Positions 10,019 through 19,925 are shown, numbered from the stretch's first letter. The stretch: 64,000 bases of DNA from Desulfatiglandales bacterium (GCA_963667015.2 CAXXJJ010000004.1:2848001-2912000); one strand, 5' to 3'. Notes: generated by a model from the sequence alone, not told the origin. Numbers and translations are program-made.

Positions 10019-10732
10019 ATGAACGTTAAGAAAAATGTAGATATATATGGGGATAAAAATCCCAGGAAGATACCCAATTATACTGCTGCAGAGGCTTCGA
10101 AGTATCTACGTTTATCTGCAAGCACTCTTCGGTCCTGGGCAAAAGGCAGAGGGTATACCTATCAGGATGTGTATACATTTTCGGAACCCATTATGGGTAA
10201 ATCCCGTGAAGGAATCGAGTCATTATTATCTTTTGAAAATATAATCGAAGCTCATATCATTAAAGCCTTGCGTACAATGCATGGCGTTTCAATGAAAAAG
10301 CTAAAGGTTGCTCTTGATACGGCTGAAAATAAATTTGGGATTAGTAATCTTTTATTAAGTCCGAATTTGTGTACAGCAGCTGGACAACTTTTCCTGGAAC
10401 AATATGGGCAGCTGATTAATCTGAGTTTATCTGGACAGTACGCAATGAAAAAGATATTCGAGGCTCACCTGAAAAGAGTAGAATATGATATTGATGGATT
10501 GCCGATGAAATTTTATCCCTTTATAAAACCGGAAGCGGATGACAGTAAGAAATCTATAGTAATAAATCCATTTGTGTCTTTTGGAAAACCCACCTTAGCC
10601 AATAGAAATATTTCCACATATGTTATTGTAAATAGAATTGATGCAGGAGAAAACATTAATGATGTGGCCGACGATTATGATTTGGATATTCAGGATGTAG
10701 AGGACGCCATTATCTATGAGAGGGCGGCTTGA
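10019..10732 (+). CDS. DUF433-domain antitoxin, VapB45 (Rv2018)-like
   Basis: N-terminal HTH YTAAEASKYL..STLRSW, LSFENIIEAH, C-terminal INPFVSFGKP..AGE...VADDY; ATG 10019 after GGGAG. Confidence 0.82.
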   Translation: MNVKKNVDIYGDKNPRKIPNYTAAEASKYLRLSASTLRSWAKGRGYTYQDVYTFSEPIMGKSREGIESLLSFENIIEAHIIKALRTMHGVSMKKLKVALDTAENKFGISNLLLSPNLCTAAGQLFLEQYGQLINLSLSGQYAMKKIFEAHLKRVEYDIDGLPMKFYPFIKPEADDSKKSIVINPFVSFGKPTLANRNISTYVIVNRIDAGENINDVADDYDLDIQDVEDAIIYERAA

Positions 10733-11154
10733 AACCAACCTTTTTCACTGATAGAGATCTAGGTAAAACATTCCCAAAATTATTAAATGAAAATGGAATA
10801 AAAACAGAAAAATACTTTGACCATTTTCCTGATGATACAACGGACGTCGAGTGGCTAAAGGAAATAGGTGAAAAGGGCTGGTATTGTATAAGTCATGATA
10901 GAAGAATAAGGTATAATCCAGCAGAGAAAGAAGCTGTAATCAATTCCGGTATAGGATTGTTTTTATTAGTCGGTCACGCAAACAACAAAGAACTCGCTGA
11001 AAATTTCATAAACACTATAAATAAAATTGAAAAGTTCATTATAAAACATCCGAGACCGTTTATTGCCAAAGTATATCGTCCTCCAAAGTCAAAGAGAACA
11101 TCAACGAAAAAGCCAAAAGGTGACATTATTCTTTGGTTGGGACCTGATAGCTGA
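10729..11154 (+). CDS. PIN-like toxin, VapC45 (Rv2019)-like
   Basis: FFTDRDLG, DVEWL, SHDRRIRY; 4-bp overlap with the antitoxin. Confidence 0.82.
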   Translation: MKPTFFTDRDLGKTFPKLLNENGIKTEKYFDHFPDDTTDVEWLKEIGEKGWYCISHDRRIRYNPAEKEAVINSGIGLFLLVGHANNKELAENFINTINKIEKFIIKHPRPFIAKVYRPPKSKRTSTKKPKGDIILWLGPDS

Positions 11155-11267
11155 CGTTAGGTTTTTTCTTTCCCTCAATCCACTATTTTCCAATAAAAAT
11201 AAAAAATTAAATAATTTAAATAATTCTGTCGATAAAATATAAAACCTATCATTAATTAAAAGGATTA

Positions 11268-11966
11268 TTGCCAATGTTTACTATATCAAAAAAAATACCA
11301 CGTATTACATTCGGTTTAATAATTATCTGCTTCTTTTTTCCTTTTATGGACATTTCATGCGGTGGACAGAAATTTATTTCATTATCAGGTGTACAGTTAA
11401 TAACTGGAACTACGATAAAAGAACCCGATATCCTTAACGATCAAATGAATGCTGATAACCAGCAGTTTTTTAAAGGGAACAATATACATATTCCGGGAAA
11501 TGACATACCCAAAGTTCATAACATTCCCCCTGAACCGCTTGCAATAGTTACCTTTTCATTTATTGCCTTAGGATTAATTTTAAGTTTCAATAAGAAAAAC
11601 AGGCATGCTTTATTTCCGGCAATCTGCTCTTCTGCAAGCTTGATTACCTTACTGCTTTTAAAAAATAAAATTGATAATGATGTTTTGAGAGAAGGCAGCG
11701 GAGCTTTCATGATAACATACGCAACAGGTTTTTGGACTATATTGGTTTTATTAATAATTACAATTTCTATGAATTTTTATATTTTTTCTGTAAAAGAAGA
11801 GGAAAAGAAAAAAGGGAAATATAAAGCCTCAGTCGATGATATAAACTTAAACCTAAATGTAAAAACTGATAAAACAGATATTAATCAAGTCTCAAATACT
11901 GGAATAATTGAAAAAAATAAGAAGGATGACGATACCAGATGGATGCATCCGGACATGAGAAAATAA
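11268..11966 (+). CDS. Hypothetical membrane protein (about 4 TM)
   Basis: FFFPF..SC..SGVQLITG N-terminus and several hydrophobic segments. Confidence 0.7.
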   Translation: MPMFTISKKIPRITFGLIIICFFFPFMDISCGGQKFISLSGVQLITGTTIKEPDILNDQMNADNQQFFKGNNIHIPGNDIPKVHNIPPEPLAIVTFSFIALGLILSFNKKNRHALFPAICSSASLITLLLLKNKIDNDVLREGSGAFMITYATGFWTILVLLIITISMNFYIFSVKEEEKKKGKYKASVDDINLNLNVKTDKTDINQVSNTGIIEKNKKDDDTRWMHPDMRK

Positions 11967-12095
11967 TCATTCATCCCTCTAGAATACCAGATTGGTTTTA
12001 TTTTATTTCGTCTTACAGCGTTTTTTATTGGGAATATAATCCCCATTGGTTGGTACACCTGCCTCAAAATATTTTTGTTTTTGAGAATTACTTCT

Positions 12096-12123
12096 CCTAA
12101 CAGCCTTCAGTCAAAACAGCTTC
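12096..12123 (+). repeat. Dispersed CCTAACAGCCTTCAG-family repeat
   Basis: CCTAACAGCCTTCAGTCAAAACAGCTTC. Confidence 0.75.
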
Positions 12124-12392
12124 CCTGACCCGGCGTAAGATTTATGAAGCCGGCAGCCTGCATCTCTCTGCCCTCCGACCTCTGGTATCTGATCTCTAGC
12201 TTTTATTCTTGCTTTTTCCGGCCGCAAGTCTTAGAAAAGAGACTATATCGGTCCTGATATAATGATTTACTGCATTTAATGTCTTTTCGAGTGATCGTCC
12301 ATGACTGATTACTCATTAATATAATTATTCATAAAAAGTATTTTTGTTGTCATTTTTTGACTTGTAGAAGATCTCGACTCTATTTTCGGAGA

Positions 12393-12425
12393 CCCTAACA
12401 GGCTTCAGTCTAAACAGCTTCAGCC
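12393..12425 (+). repeat. Dispersed CCTAACAGCCTTCAG-family repeat
   Basis: CCCTAACAGGCTTCAGTCTAAACAGCTTCAGCC. Confidence 0.75.
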
Positions 12426-12426
12426 A

Positions 12427-12669
12427 ACACATTATGATCCCGACGAAGCATGGTTGGCAAAAAGCTGGCGGCAATATTTAAGTTGGTTTGGGAAGGCAGA
12501 GCAAAATATTAATGATGAAGGACTCCCTCTGGTAAGGGAATGGTTGCGTACTGCAGAGAGCCATTGGCAGACAATTGAGGATGAAGATATACTTATGGAT
12601 GAGCCTCGAAATGATGTTAGCTGGCTCAGGCCATGGCGGCAAGCGCTAAGAGATTTCAGTCGTATTTAA
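12427..12669 (+). pseudogene. 3' fragment of an unknown gene, truncated at the repeat
   Basis: Open frame THYDPDEAWLAKSW... starts right after the repeat, with no ATG or RBS. Confidence 0.45.
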
Positions 12670-12880
12670 AAGATTCAAAATATTTTGTTGGAATTTTGCT
12701 AGATATAATTTAAGGGCTGTAGAAGCTTTATCAGAGAAAAACAAGCTTCTGACAGCCACCTTTGTTTGCTCTATCTTCAGAGTACGAGTCAATTTACTTT
12801 ATAACATACTGACTGAGTAATAATGAGAAAATGAAAAATTATTTAGAAATTTATAAAGTCTGATACAAAAAGGGGAAAAA

Positions 12881-15283
12881 ATGAAATTCAAAGAAGCATT
12901 AGAGCATGCTCTAAATGGAAACGCTATAATGTTTGCTGGTGCAGGTTATTCTTCTGGGGCTATAAATTTAAAAAATAGAAAATTTAAAAGAGGCAAGGAA
13001 TTAGCCGAATATTTTTCAAAAGCATGTAATTTACCAAATGATACCTTTCTTGATGATGCTACCGATAGTTACATAGAAGAGTTCGGAGCGGACGCACTAA
13101 TTAAGGAAATACAAGATGAATTTACAGTAAAAAAATTGCCTCCATATTATGAAAAATTAGCCCATATCCCATGGAAACGCATTTATACTACAAATTATGA
13201 TAATGTGTTAGAACTCTCATGGAATTCAGCATCTAAAATATTAACTCCCATAACACTTACCTCTGATATTTATAAGATACCGAAAGAAAATCTTTGTATA
13301 CATTTGAACGGATTTATTGATCGACTTGATCGAGATAGTATCCAATCCGAACTCAAACTAACTGAATCCAGTTATCTTACCGCATCTTTAGTCGATTCAG
13401 AATGGATGTCGATGTTTCGTCATGACATTCAGTATTCTAGCGCTGTGTTCTTTTTAGGATATTCGCTCTATGACTTAGATATTAATAGGATATTATTTAA
13501 TACAGAAGAACTATATGAAAAATGCTTTTTTGTGATAGGTAATAATCCTGATGTTATTACCTTGAAAAGGGTGAAGAGATTTGGCACACCTGTTAAGAAA
13601 GATATTGAAAGTTTTTCAAAAGATGTATCAAATTTACAAAAATCATTTACACCTACTACTCTCGATGAACCTATTTTTTTATCAATCACAGAATTCAATC
13701 CTACCTTAAATCCCTTACCCATAACTGATCAGGATTTCCTTAACCTTATGTTATATGGTGAGATTAAGAATGAATTACTGATTGAGTCTTTAAGGACAGA
13801 CAAAAGATATATATTGCAACGAGACAGCTCTGATGAAGTTTTCAAATTTTTTAATAACAATCACAATATTTGTTTAATCAGTTCTGAGCTCGGTAATGGC
13901 AAGAGCATATTTCTTAAAAACATTAATTATTTGGCACTTAAAAAGAAATATCGTGTATTCAATATTAAAGAACGTAACGACGAATCAATATTTGAGTTTG
14001 CAAATCTCTTAAAGCTTAAAGGAAAAATTCTTATTACAATTGATGGATATCAAGATTGGCTTGATCAAATTAAATATTTTTCTCTAAATGCTCCGCAAGA
14101 CAAATTTCTTTTTTTAACAGCACGTAATGCTCTTCATGATGTCTTATATGATGACCTCGTAAATAATACAGGGAAAGATTTTTTACCTGAAATTCAAATC
14201 GACAACCTGACTGAGAATGAAATAGCATGGTTTGTTGAAGCTTTTGATGAATATGGCTTATGGGGAGATAAAGCTTCTAATACATATTTGCAAAAAAGTA
14301 AATACCTGCAATTTGACTGTCAAGGCCAAATTCATGCAATTTTATTAAAATATTTGAATTCTCCAAACATCAGTAATCGACTAAGGCGACTCTATAATAA
14401 TATCAAAGACCATCCAAACTACTACGAAGTTGCTCTTAGTATCTTTATCCTTACAACGATTGACCTAGGTCCAACAATAGATACACTTGTTGATCTATGG
14501 GGGCCAGAAAGATTAAGCCAAATTCGTTCAAATAAAAATTCTCCACTGCGAGAAATTGTAAATTTTGAACGAAATAGCATTTCTGTTAAGTCTTCAATTG
14601 TTGGTGAATATTTTTTAAGAAATATTGCTGATGTCGCAATTATAGTCAGGGTTCTTTTAAAAATAGTTGATAGAATCCATGAGCTTTCAAAAAGTTCAGT
14701 TAAATACCATTCTTTCTTTGTTAACTTAATGAAATTTAGCAATGTTCAACAAATTCTCCCAGAAGAAGGAAGAAAAGCTGGTATCATGAAATATTATGAA
14801 TCAATAAAAACATTGTACAAGTGCCGGAATCATCCTCTTTTTTGGCTTCAATATGCGATTGCATCAATTGTTATAAAAGACTTATATAGGGCAGAGAAAT
14901 ATTTTAATAGTGCTTATTCATATGCAGAGGAAAGACATTGGGATACATTTCAAATTGATAATCATTATGCGAGATACTTGCTGGTAATGGCGATTGAAGA
15001 GATAAAGGAACCAGAAGAAGCAATGGAAAATTTTAGGAGGGCAAGGAATATCATTACTAGACAAATGGCTAATGAACGACTCCACTATCCTTACAGAGTA
15101 GCTTCTTTATACCAACCATTTTTTGATAAATTTGCAATTACTCTGAGTAAACATGATAAAAATTTGGTCAAGGACACTGCTAAGACCGTTTTAGAAAGAA
15201 TAAATGCCCTCCCTGAATACAGGAGACAAGGGCGAAATATTAGAGAGTGCAAATTAGCGATTGAAAGTATTTTAAGATATTAA
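12881..15283 (+). CDS. SIR2-like NADase + STAND-type ATPase + helical/TPR C-terminus (Avs5-like antiviral protein)
   Basis: FAGAGYS, YTTNYDNVLE, HLNG, FLGYSLYD (SIR2_2); SELGNGKS Walker A, ITIDG Walker B; FWLQYAIA helical repeats; AT-rich. Confidence 0.8.
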   Translation: MKFKEALEHALNGNAIMFAGAGYSSGAINLKNRKFKRGKELAEYFSKACNLPNDTFLDDATDSYIEEFGADALIKEIQDEFTVKKLPPYYEKLAHIPWKRIYTTNYDNVLELSWNSASKILTPITLTSDIYKIPKENLCIHLNGFIDRLDRDSIQSELKLTESSYLTASLVDSEWMSMFRHDIQYSSAVFFLGYSLYDLDINRILFNTEELYEKCFFVIGNNPDVITLKRVKRFGTPVKKDIESFSKDVSNLQKSFTPTTLDEPIFLSITEFNPTLNPLPITDQDFLNLMLYGEIKNELLIESLRTDKRYILQRDSSDEVFKFFNNNHNICLISSELGNGKSIFLKNINYLALKKKYRVFNIKERNDESIFEFANLLKLKGKILITIDGYQDWLDQIKYFSLNAPQDKFLFLTARNALHDVLYDDLVNNTGKDFLPEIQIDNLTENEIAWFVEAFDEYGLWGDKASNTYLQKSKYLQFDCQGQIHAILLKYLNSPNISNRLRRLYNNIKDHPNYYEVALSIFILTTIDLGPTIDTLVDLWGPERLSQIRSNKNSPLREIVNFERNSISVKSSIVGEYFLRNIADVAIIVRVLLKIVDRIHELSKSSVKYHSFFVNLMKFSNVQQILPEEGRKAGIMKYYESIKTLYKCRNHPLFWLQYAIASIVIKDLYRAEKYFNSAYSYAEERHWDTFQIDNHYARYLLVMAIEEIKEPEEAMENFRRARNIITRQMANERLHYPYRVASLYQPFFDKFAITLSKHDKNLVKDTAKTVLERINALPEYRRQGRNIRECKLAIESILRY

Positions 15284-15469
15284 AAAGCAAGTCAAGGTAT
15301 TCATAGTAATTGTGAAAAAAAGGAGAAGATAGAAAACATAACTAAAAAAGACGTAAGGGCATTAATCAATGATATCTGTGCTTTGATATTGGTGACATAG
15401 ATATCCAAATATAGTTGCACGGATATTCTCAACGAATTTGAAAAGAAATTTAATTTAGACTTATATAAT

Positions 15470-16174
15470 ATGAGCAAAGGAAAGAAACCAAAAAGAACTG
15501 TAAAGGTTTTAAGAGGACCTAAGTCCTATAATAGAGAGAAACTAGAAGAGCATGGTAATGGAGAAATATTTATACCAGCAGTTACAGGTGCATTGATTGG
15601 GAATCTTGTTGCTCCAGGGATTGGCGGCCTAGTTGCGGGTAGTCTACTGGGAGGTGTTATTGGGGCCACAAATATCAAGGAGAAGAAAATGGCAAAAATT
15701 CCAGTTTTTTATAGTTTTCATTTCGATAATGATGTCATGCGTGTACAGCAAGTCCGGAATATCGGAACTATCGAAGGAAATTCACCTACCACTCCCAATG
15801 AATGGGAAAAATTAAAGCGGACGGGAGAATCAGCAGTGAAAAATTGGATTGACAATAATATGAAATACAAGAGGTGTGTAATTGTATTAATCGGATCAGA
15901 TACATATGGTAGACCTTGGATTAAATACGAAATAGAAAAAGCATGGAATGACGGAAAAGCTTTATTGGGTGTATATATTCATAACCTTAAATGTCCAAGA
16001 AATGGAATATGTAGAAAAGGCAAAAATCCATTTGATGAATTTACATTCAGTGATGGCAGGAAACTGTCATCTGTTGTTCAATGTTATGATCCAAACCAGA
16101 GCAATGCATATCAAGATATCGCCAATAACATTGCGAACTGGATAAATCATGCTATCGCAAATAAGAGGAACTGA
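15470..16174 (+). CDS. TIR-domain protein (ThsB/DUF1863-like) with in-frame N-terminal glycine-zipper extension; alternative start at 15689
   Basis: VFYSFHF..D..RVQQVRN, VIVLIGSDT..RPWIKYEI (catalytic Glu); AAGGAG RBS before ATG 15689. Confidence 0.85.
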   Translation: MSKGKKPKRTVKVLRGPKSYNREKLEEHGNGEIFIPAVTGALIGNLVAPGIGGLVAGSLLGGVIGATNIKEKKMAKIPVFYSFHFDNDVMRVQQVRNIGTIEGNSPTTPNEWEKLKRTGESAVKNWIDNNMKYKRCVIVLIGSDTYGRPWIKYEIEKAWNDGKALLGVYIHNLKCPRNGICRKGKNPFDEFTFSDGRKLSSVVQCYDPNQSNAYQDIANNIANWINHAIANKRN

Positions 16175-16176
16175 CC

Positions 16177-16623
16177 ATGATGGATTCACAAGTATTAGAT
16201 ATAGATCCTGAGTCAGCATCTATACAGACACATCTCGGGATAATCCAAAATGTAATACAGAGGATGTCAGCTAATAGTTCAAACTGCAAAGCATGGTGTG
16301 TTAGTTTAGTTGCTGCTATTCTGGTTATAGTGGCAGATAAGGGTAAGCCTGAATATGCATGGATATCATTACTGCCTACAATTGTGTTTACTGCATTAGA
16401 TGCATATTATCTGGCGCTCGAGAAGGCATTTCGAAACTCATACAATATTTTCATTACTAAAATCCATAAAAAGCAATTAACTGAAGAAGACCTTTATGCG
16501 GTAACGCCTGTTGGGAAAATGTCTCAACTCCAACTTGAAGCATTAAAATCATTTTCTGTCTGGGGCTTCTATCTTTCACTCATCGTTCTAATTGGGTTAA
16601 CAAAATGGATTGCCCTTGGATAA
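16177..16623 (+). CDS. Small membrane protein, candidate TIR-associated effector
   Basis: HLGIIQNVIQRMSANS..CKAW, LDAYYLALEKAFR; about 3 hydrophobic segments; 2 bp after the TIR stop. Confidence 0.75.
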   Translation: MMDSQVLDIDPESASIQTHLGIIQNVIQRMSANSSNCKAWCVSLVAAILVIVADKGKPEYAWISLLPTIVFTALDAYYLALEKAFRNSYNIFITKIHKKQLTEEDLYAVTPVGKMSQLQLEALKSFSVWGFYLSLIVLIGLTKWIALG

Positions 16624-16794
16624 ATTGAATTGTTATACCAATCTCATTTTAGAGCATTATTGATACCAAAATTCTATACATATTCTTCGCGGCGAGAAAA
16701 TCGCATCCCGTCATGCAGGGCGTAGGTAAAACAATAATACGCGCTCAAGCAATAACGTTACACTGGTTAGAGTAACAAGTGTTTAGGTTTAAGG

Positions 16795-17287
16795 CTATGT
16801 TTCTACCCCATTACCATTTATGGTTTCCAAAATTTCTTTAAAACTCTCCAGTCCTGCTTCTATATTTTCAATGATTTCACTGGCTAATATGTCCGGGTCT
16901 GGCAGATTGTCCAGGTCTGCAAGGCTGGTGTCTTTTATCCAGAATATATCAAGGTTAGTTTTATCACGGGCGATGATCTCTTCATATGTGAATTTTCGCC
17001 ATCTTCCATCTGGGTTTTCCTCGGACCTAGTTTCTTTTCTGTCATGACGGTTCGTGGAATTGTAGCATCTAATGAAGTCCTGCAGATCTTTCAGTTTCAT
17101 TGTTGATTTTTTCAGGGTGTGATGGATATTGGTCATGTAATCGTATATCAGTTTGGTATTCCCTGATTGCAATACCTTTGGCCGCGGAAAGATCAACCTT
17201 GTTTTTAGACTGCACAGCCCATCCGGCTGCGGCAAGCATCCTGTCGATTTTATCCCGTGCCATTTGTTCTGGTGTCTGGTTTATCAT
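16795..17287 (-). pseudogene. Collapsed type I R-M locus: hsdR 5' end joined to hsdM 3' end
   Basis: MINQTPEQMARDKIDRML..AGW..IREYQTD (HsdR N-term) joined near 17145 to IYDY.TN.H.TLK...LDIFWIKD..LPDPD.LA.EI (HsdM C-term). Confidence 0.8.
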
Positions 17288-17428
17288 TGACTGCTTTTAT
17301 AATAATTTATATGGGCCATGACTGGTGACTATTTTGTTAAAAATTCAAATGTTTTGAATAGCTTAAGACTTGTATCTTTTAGCAGAGTTGGTTTAAAGAT
17401 TCAATATTTTATGTATCTTATTAGCAGC

Positions 17429-17450
17429 CTGAAGGCTGAGGACTGTTAGG
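17429..17450 (-). repeat. Dispersed CCTAACAGCCTTCAG-family repeat at the right edge of the island
   Basis: Minus strand CCTAACAGTCCTCAGCCTTCAG. Confidence 0.6.
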
Positions 17451-17688
17451 AAAAACAAAAGCAGAGGTCAATCTAAGATTTCTCCCTTTGGTCGAAATTA
17501 ACGGGTGAGGATAATCCGTAGCTTACAGGATTATTCCATCTTTGGGATTTTACCTTGACCCTCAATCCGGTTTTCTATATAGTTTTTTTGCATAAAAATC
17601 AGGTTCTTCACCTCATTTTTATAGTGTGAAGAATTAAAAGGAAATATCAGCAAACCACTAATTTAAATTACCAGAGGAGGATTTAATT

Positions 17689-18576
17689 ATGGCTTATATG
17701 CCGCTCGATAAAAACAGGATGCACCTTGACAAAAGCAAGATGACCAAAATCTATGATCTTTCACAGCCATGGGGTGTTGATACTCCTTTGTGGCCCTTCC
17801 CCGGGCCCCGTCAGGACCTCCAGTTCCCACGCGGACAGTACCTGGGCCGTTTTCATAAACGTACCATGACCTATACCGGCACTCTCCATGCCGGTACCCA
17901 TATGGATGCCCCCAACCATGTTATGCATGAAGAAGAAGTAGACCGCGAACGCAATGGATATTCACTGGATGAGATACCACTGGAATACTGCATTGGTACA
18001 GGTGTTATTCTTGATATGCGTCATTTAAGGGATGAGTTTGAAGCAGAATGGAAGACAGGTTTTGAACCTAATCTCTGGAAGATCATTATGCCTGAAGATG
18101 TTGACAAGGCATGTGAAAAAGACGGTCTTGAAATCAGGGAAAATGACTGGGTAGTTATCAACACAGGTTTTCATCATTATTGGAGAAAAAACAACGATAA
18201 GTACTATAACTATTATCCAGGACAGGGTCCTGAAATTGCAGAATATCTTATTCATGAGAAAAAGATAAAGGGTATCTCAGGAACCTGGGGCGCGACAGAT
18301 TCTCCCATGTGGCATTATCCCCTTAAAGAGCAGATGCCATGGCTCGACAAGGCCTACCGAAAGGCAACAGGCAAAGATCCTGATGTGGTATTCCCTGATT
18401 ATGAACCATGCCACCGTATGTACATGCAGGCAGGTGTTGTAACAGTAGAAAACGCCGGTGGTGATATTGATGAGGTTACAGGAAAACGAATGATCATTTC
18501 TGCAACCCCGTTCCGCTGCGAAATGGCAGACGGCGGTTTTGTAAGGCTGGTTGCCTGGGAAGAGGGTTCTTTCTAA
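17689..18576 (+). CDS. Cyclase family metal-dependent hydrolase (kynurenine formamidase-like)
   Basis: HAGTHMDAPNH (HxGTHxDxPxH), H...VEN motif. Confidence 0.88.
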   Translation: MAYMPLDKNRMHLDKSKMTKIYDLSQPWGVDTPLWPFPGPRQDLQFPRGQYLGRFHKRTMTYTGTLHAGTHMDAPNHVMHEEEVDRERNGYSLDEIPLEYCIGTGVILDMRHLRDEFEAEWKTGFEPNLWKIIMPEDVDKACEKDGLEIRENDWVVINTGFHHYWRKNNDKYYNYYPGQGPEIAEYLIHEKKIKGISGTWGATDSPMWHYPLKEQMPWLDKAYRKATGKDPDVVFPDYEPCHRMYMQAGVVTVENAGGDIDEVTGKRMIISATPFRCEMADGGFVRLVAWEEGSF

Positions 18577-18608
18577 GAATAAATGTTTTAATATAATGAT
18601 GTAGTCCT

Positions 18609-18639
18609 AAAACCGGGCCTTTGCAGGCTCGGTTTTTTT
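18609..18639 (+). terminator. Rho-independent terminator
   Basis: AAAACCGGGCCT/AGGCTCGGTTTT plus T-run. Confidence 0.75.
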
Positions 18640-18766
18640 AAGCGGTTATACCCGACTTTTTCTATCATAAATACTTAATCCAGATAAAATTGAAATTTGA
18701 CACTTTTTTTATAAAAACTGTATTTAGACAGGGCATTTAGCAATAACCTGATAAAGGAGGATAGAA

Positions 18767-19096
18767 ATGAGTGAGTATGTAAAGGTATGCATTCAGGTAA
18801 AAAAGGATGATGAACAGTTATATTTCAAGGAAGAGGATGCAAAGCTTATTCGGGAGTTAAGGGATAAACATAAAAAAGAGACAGATAAGGAGTACTGCGA
18901 AGATCATTCATACCACTGTTTTCGCTGCGGTACAAGAAGCCTTGTGGAAGTGGATAGAGGTGATATAAAGATAGATATATGTGCCAATGAAAACTGCGGG
19001 GCAGTTCATCTTGATCCAGGAGAGCTTGAAAACATCATGAAGGATGAAAAGGCGATCAAGGGAATCAGAAAGTCATTTCTATCAATATTTAAATAA
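18767..19096 (+). CDS. zf-TFIIB-type zinc-ribbon protein
   Basis: EQLYFKEED..LI; CFRC...IDIC...CGAVHLDPGELE. Confidence 0.75.
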   Translation: MSEYVKVCIQVKKDDEQLYFKEEDAKLIRELRDKHKKETDKEYCEDHSYHCFRCGTRSLVEVDRGDIKIDICANENCGAVHLDPGELENIMKDEKAIKGIRKSFLSIFK

Positions 19097-19106
19097 AAAA
19101 CGACTA

Positions 19107-19143
19107 TGAAGATCATTTCTGGGAGGCCCGGAAATGATCTTCA
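19107..19143. terminator. Bidirectional terminator
   Basis: TGAAGATCATTTC/GAAATGATCTTCA stem between convergent genes. Confidence 0.75.
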
Positions 19144-19157
19144 TTGCCGTAAAAAAA

Positions 19158-19925
19158 TTAACCTACTGCGGTGAGCCCGCCGTCTATATATATAATCTGT
19201 CCTGTAATAAAGTTCGCCGCATCCGAGGCAAGAAAAACGCATGCCCCGGCCATTTCTTCAGGTGTTCCAAGACGTTTGAAAAGGCTGCTGGAAGCGAGCA
19301 TCTCAAGGCGTTCGGGAGCTACTGCCTTTTTGATGGTATCGGTTAGAACCAGTGACGGAGCCATTGCATTTACGTTGATGCCGAATGGTGCAAATTCAGC
19401 GGCCAGCATACGGGTTATCATGTCGACAGCACCCTTTGTGGCACCATAGGCAGTGTTGCCGCCGCCAGTGCCGCGGATACCCCTGACAGAGGACATGTTG
19501 ATTATCTTGCCGTTCTTGGCCTCAATCATCTTTTTACCAAAGGCCTTGCAGCATAGCATAACGCCCTTTACATTAACGTCAAATATTTTGTCCCAGTTTT
19601 CAACAGCGAAGTCTACTATCAATCCCTTAATATTCATTCCCTGTGTGTTTACGAGAACATCAACTTTGCCGTATTTGGATACAACATCGTCAGCAAGCTG
19701 GTTGACGCTTGCTTCATCCGAGGTGTCAACCTGGAAAAAACCTGTTTCAACACCTGTTGCGGCATTTATTTCCTTGGCTACTGCCATGAGATTATCAACA
19801 TTACGGCTTGCAAGAATAACCGTTGCGCCCTGTGCGCTTAATGCCATTGAACAGGCCTTGCCGATCCCTCCGGCGCCGCCGACAACAACAACAATTTTAC
19901 CATCAAGTTTAAACATATCATTCAT
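19158..19925 (-). CDS. SDR family NAD(P)-dependent oxidoreductase (candidate phloroglucinol reductase)
   Basis: GGAGGIG, YGATK, ITGQIIYIDGG; substrate inferred from context only. Confidence 0.9.
   Translation of the reverse strand: MNDMFKLDGKIVVVVGGAGGIGKACSMALSAQGATVILASRNVDNLMAVAKEINAATGVETGFFQVDTSDEASVNQLADDVVSKYGKVDVLVNTQGMNIKGLIVDFAVENWDKIFDVNVKGVMLCCKAFGKKMIEAKNGKIINMSSVRGIRGTGGGNTAYGATKGAVDMITRMLAAEFAPFGINVNAMAPSLVLTDTIKKAVAPERLEMLASSSLFKRLGTPEEMAGACVFLASDAANFITGQIIYIDGGLTAVG

Noticed and set aside
12881..16174. Canonical Thoeris (ThsA+ThsB)
   Set aside because: The SIR2 protein has a P-loop ATPase and helical repeats rather than a SLOG domain, and no Macro-domain ThsA is present.
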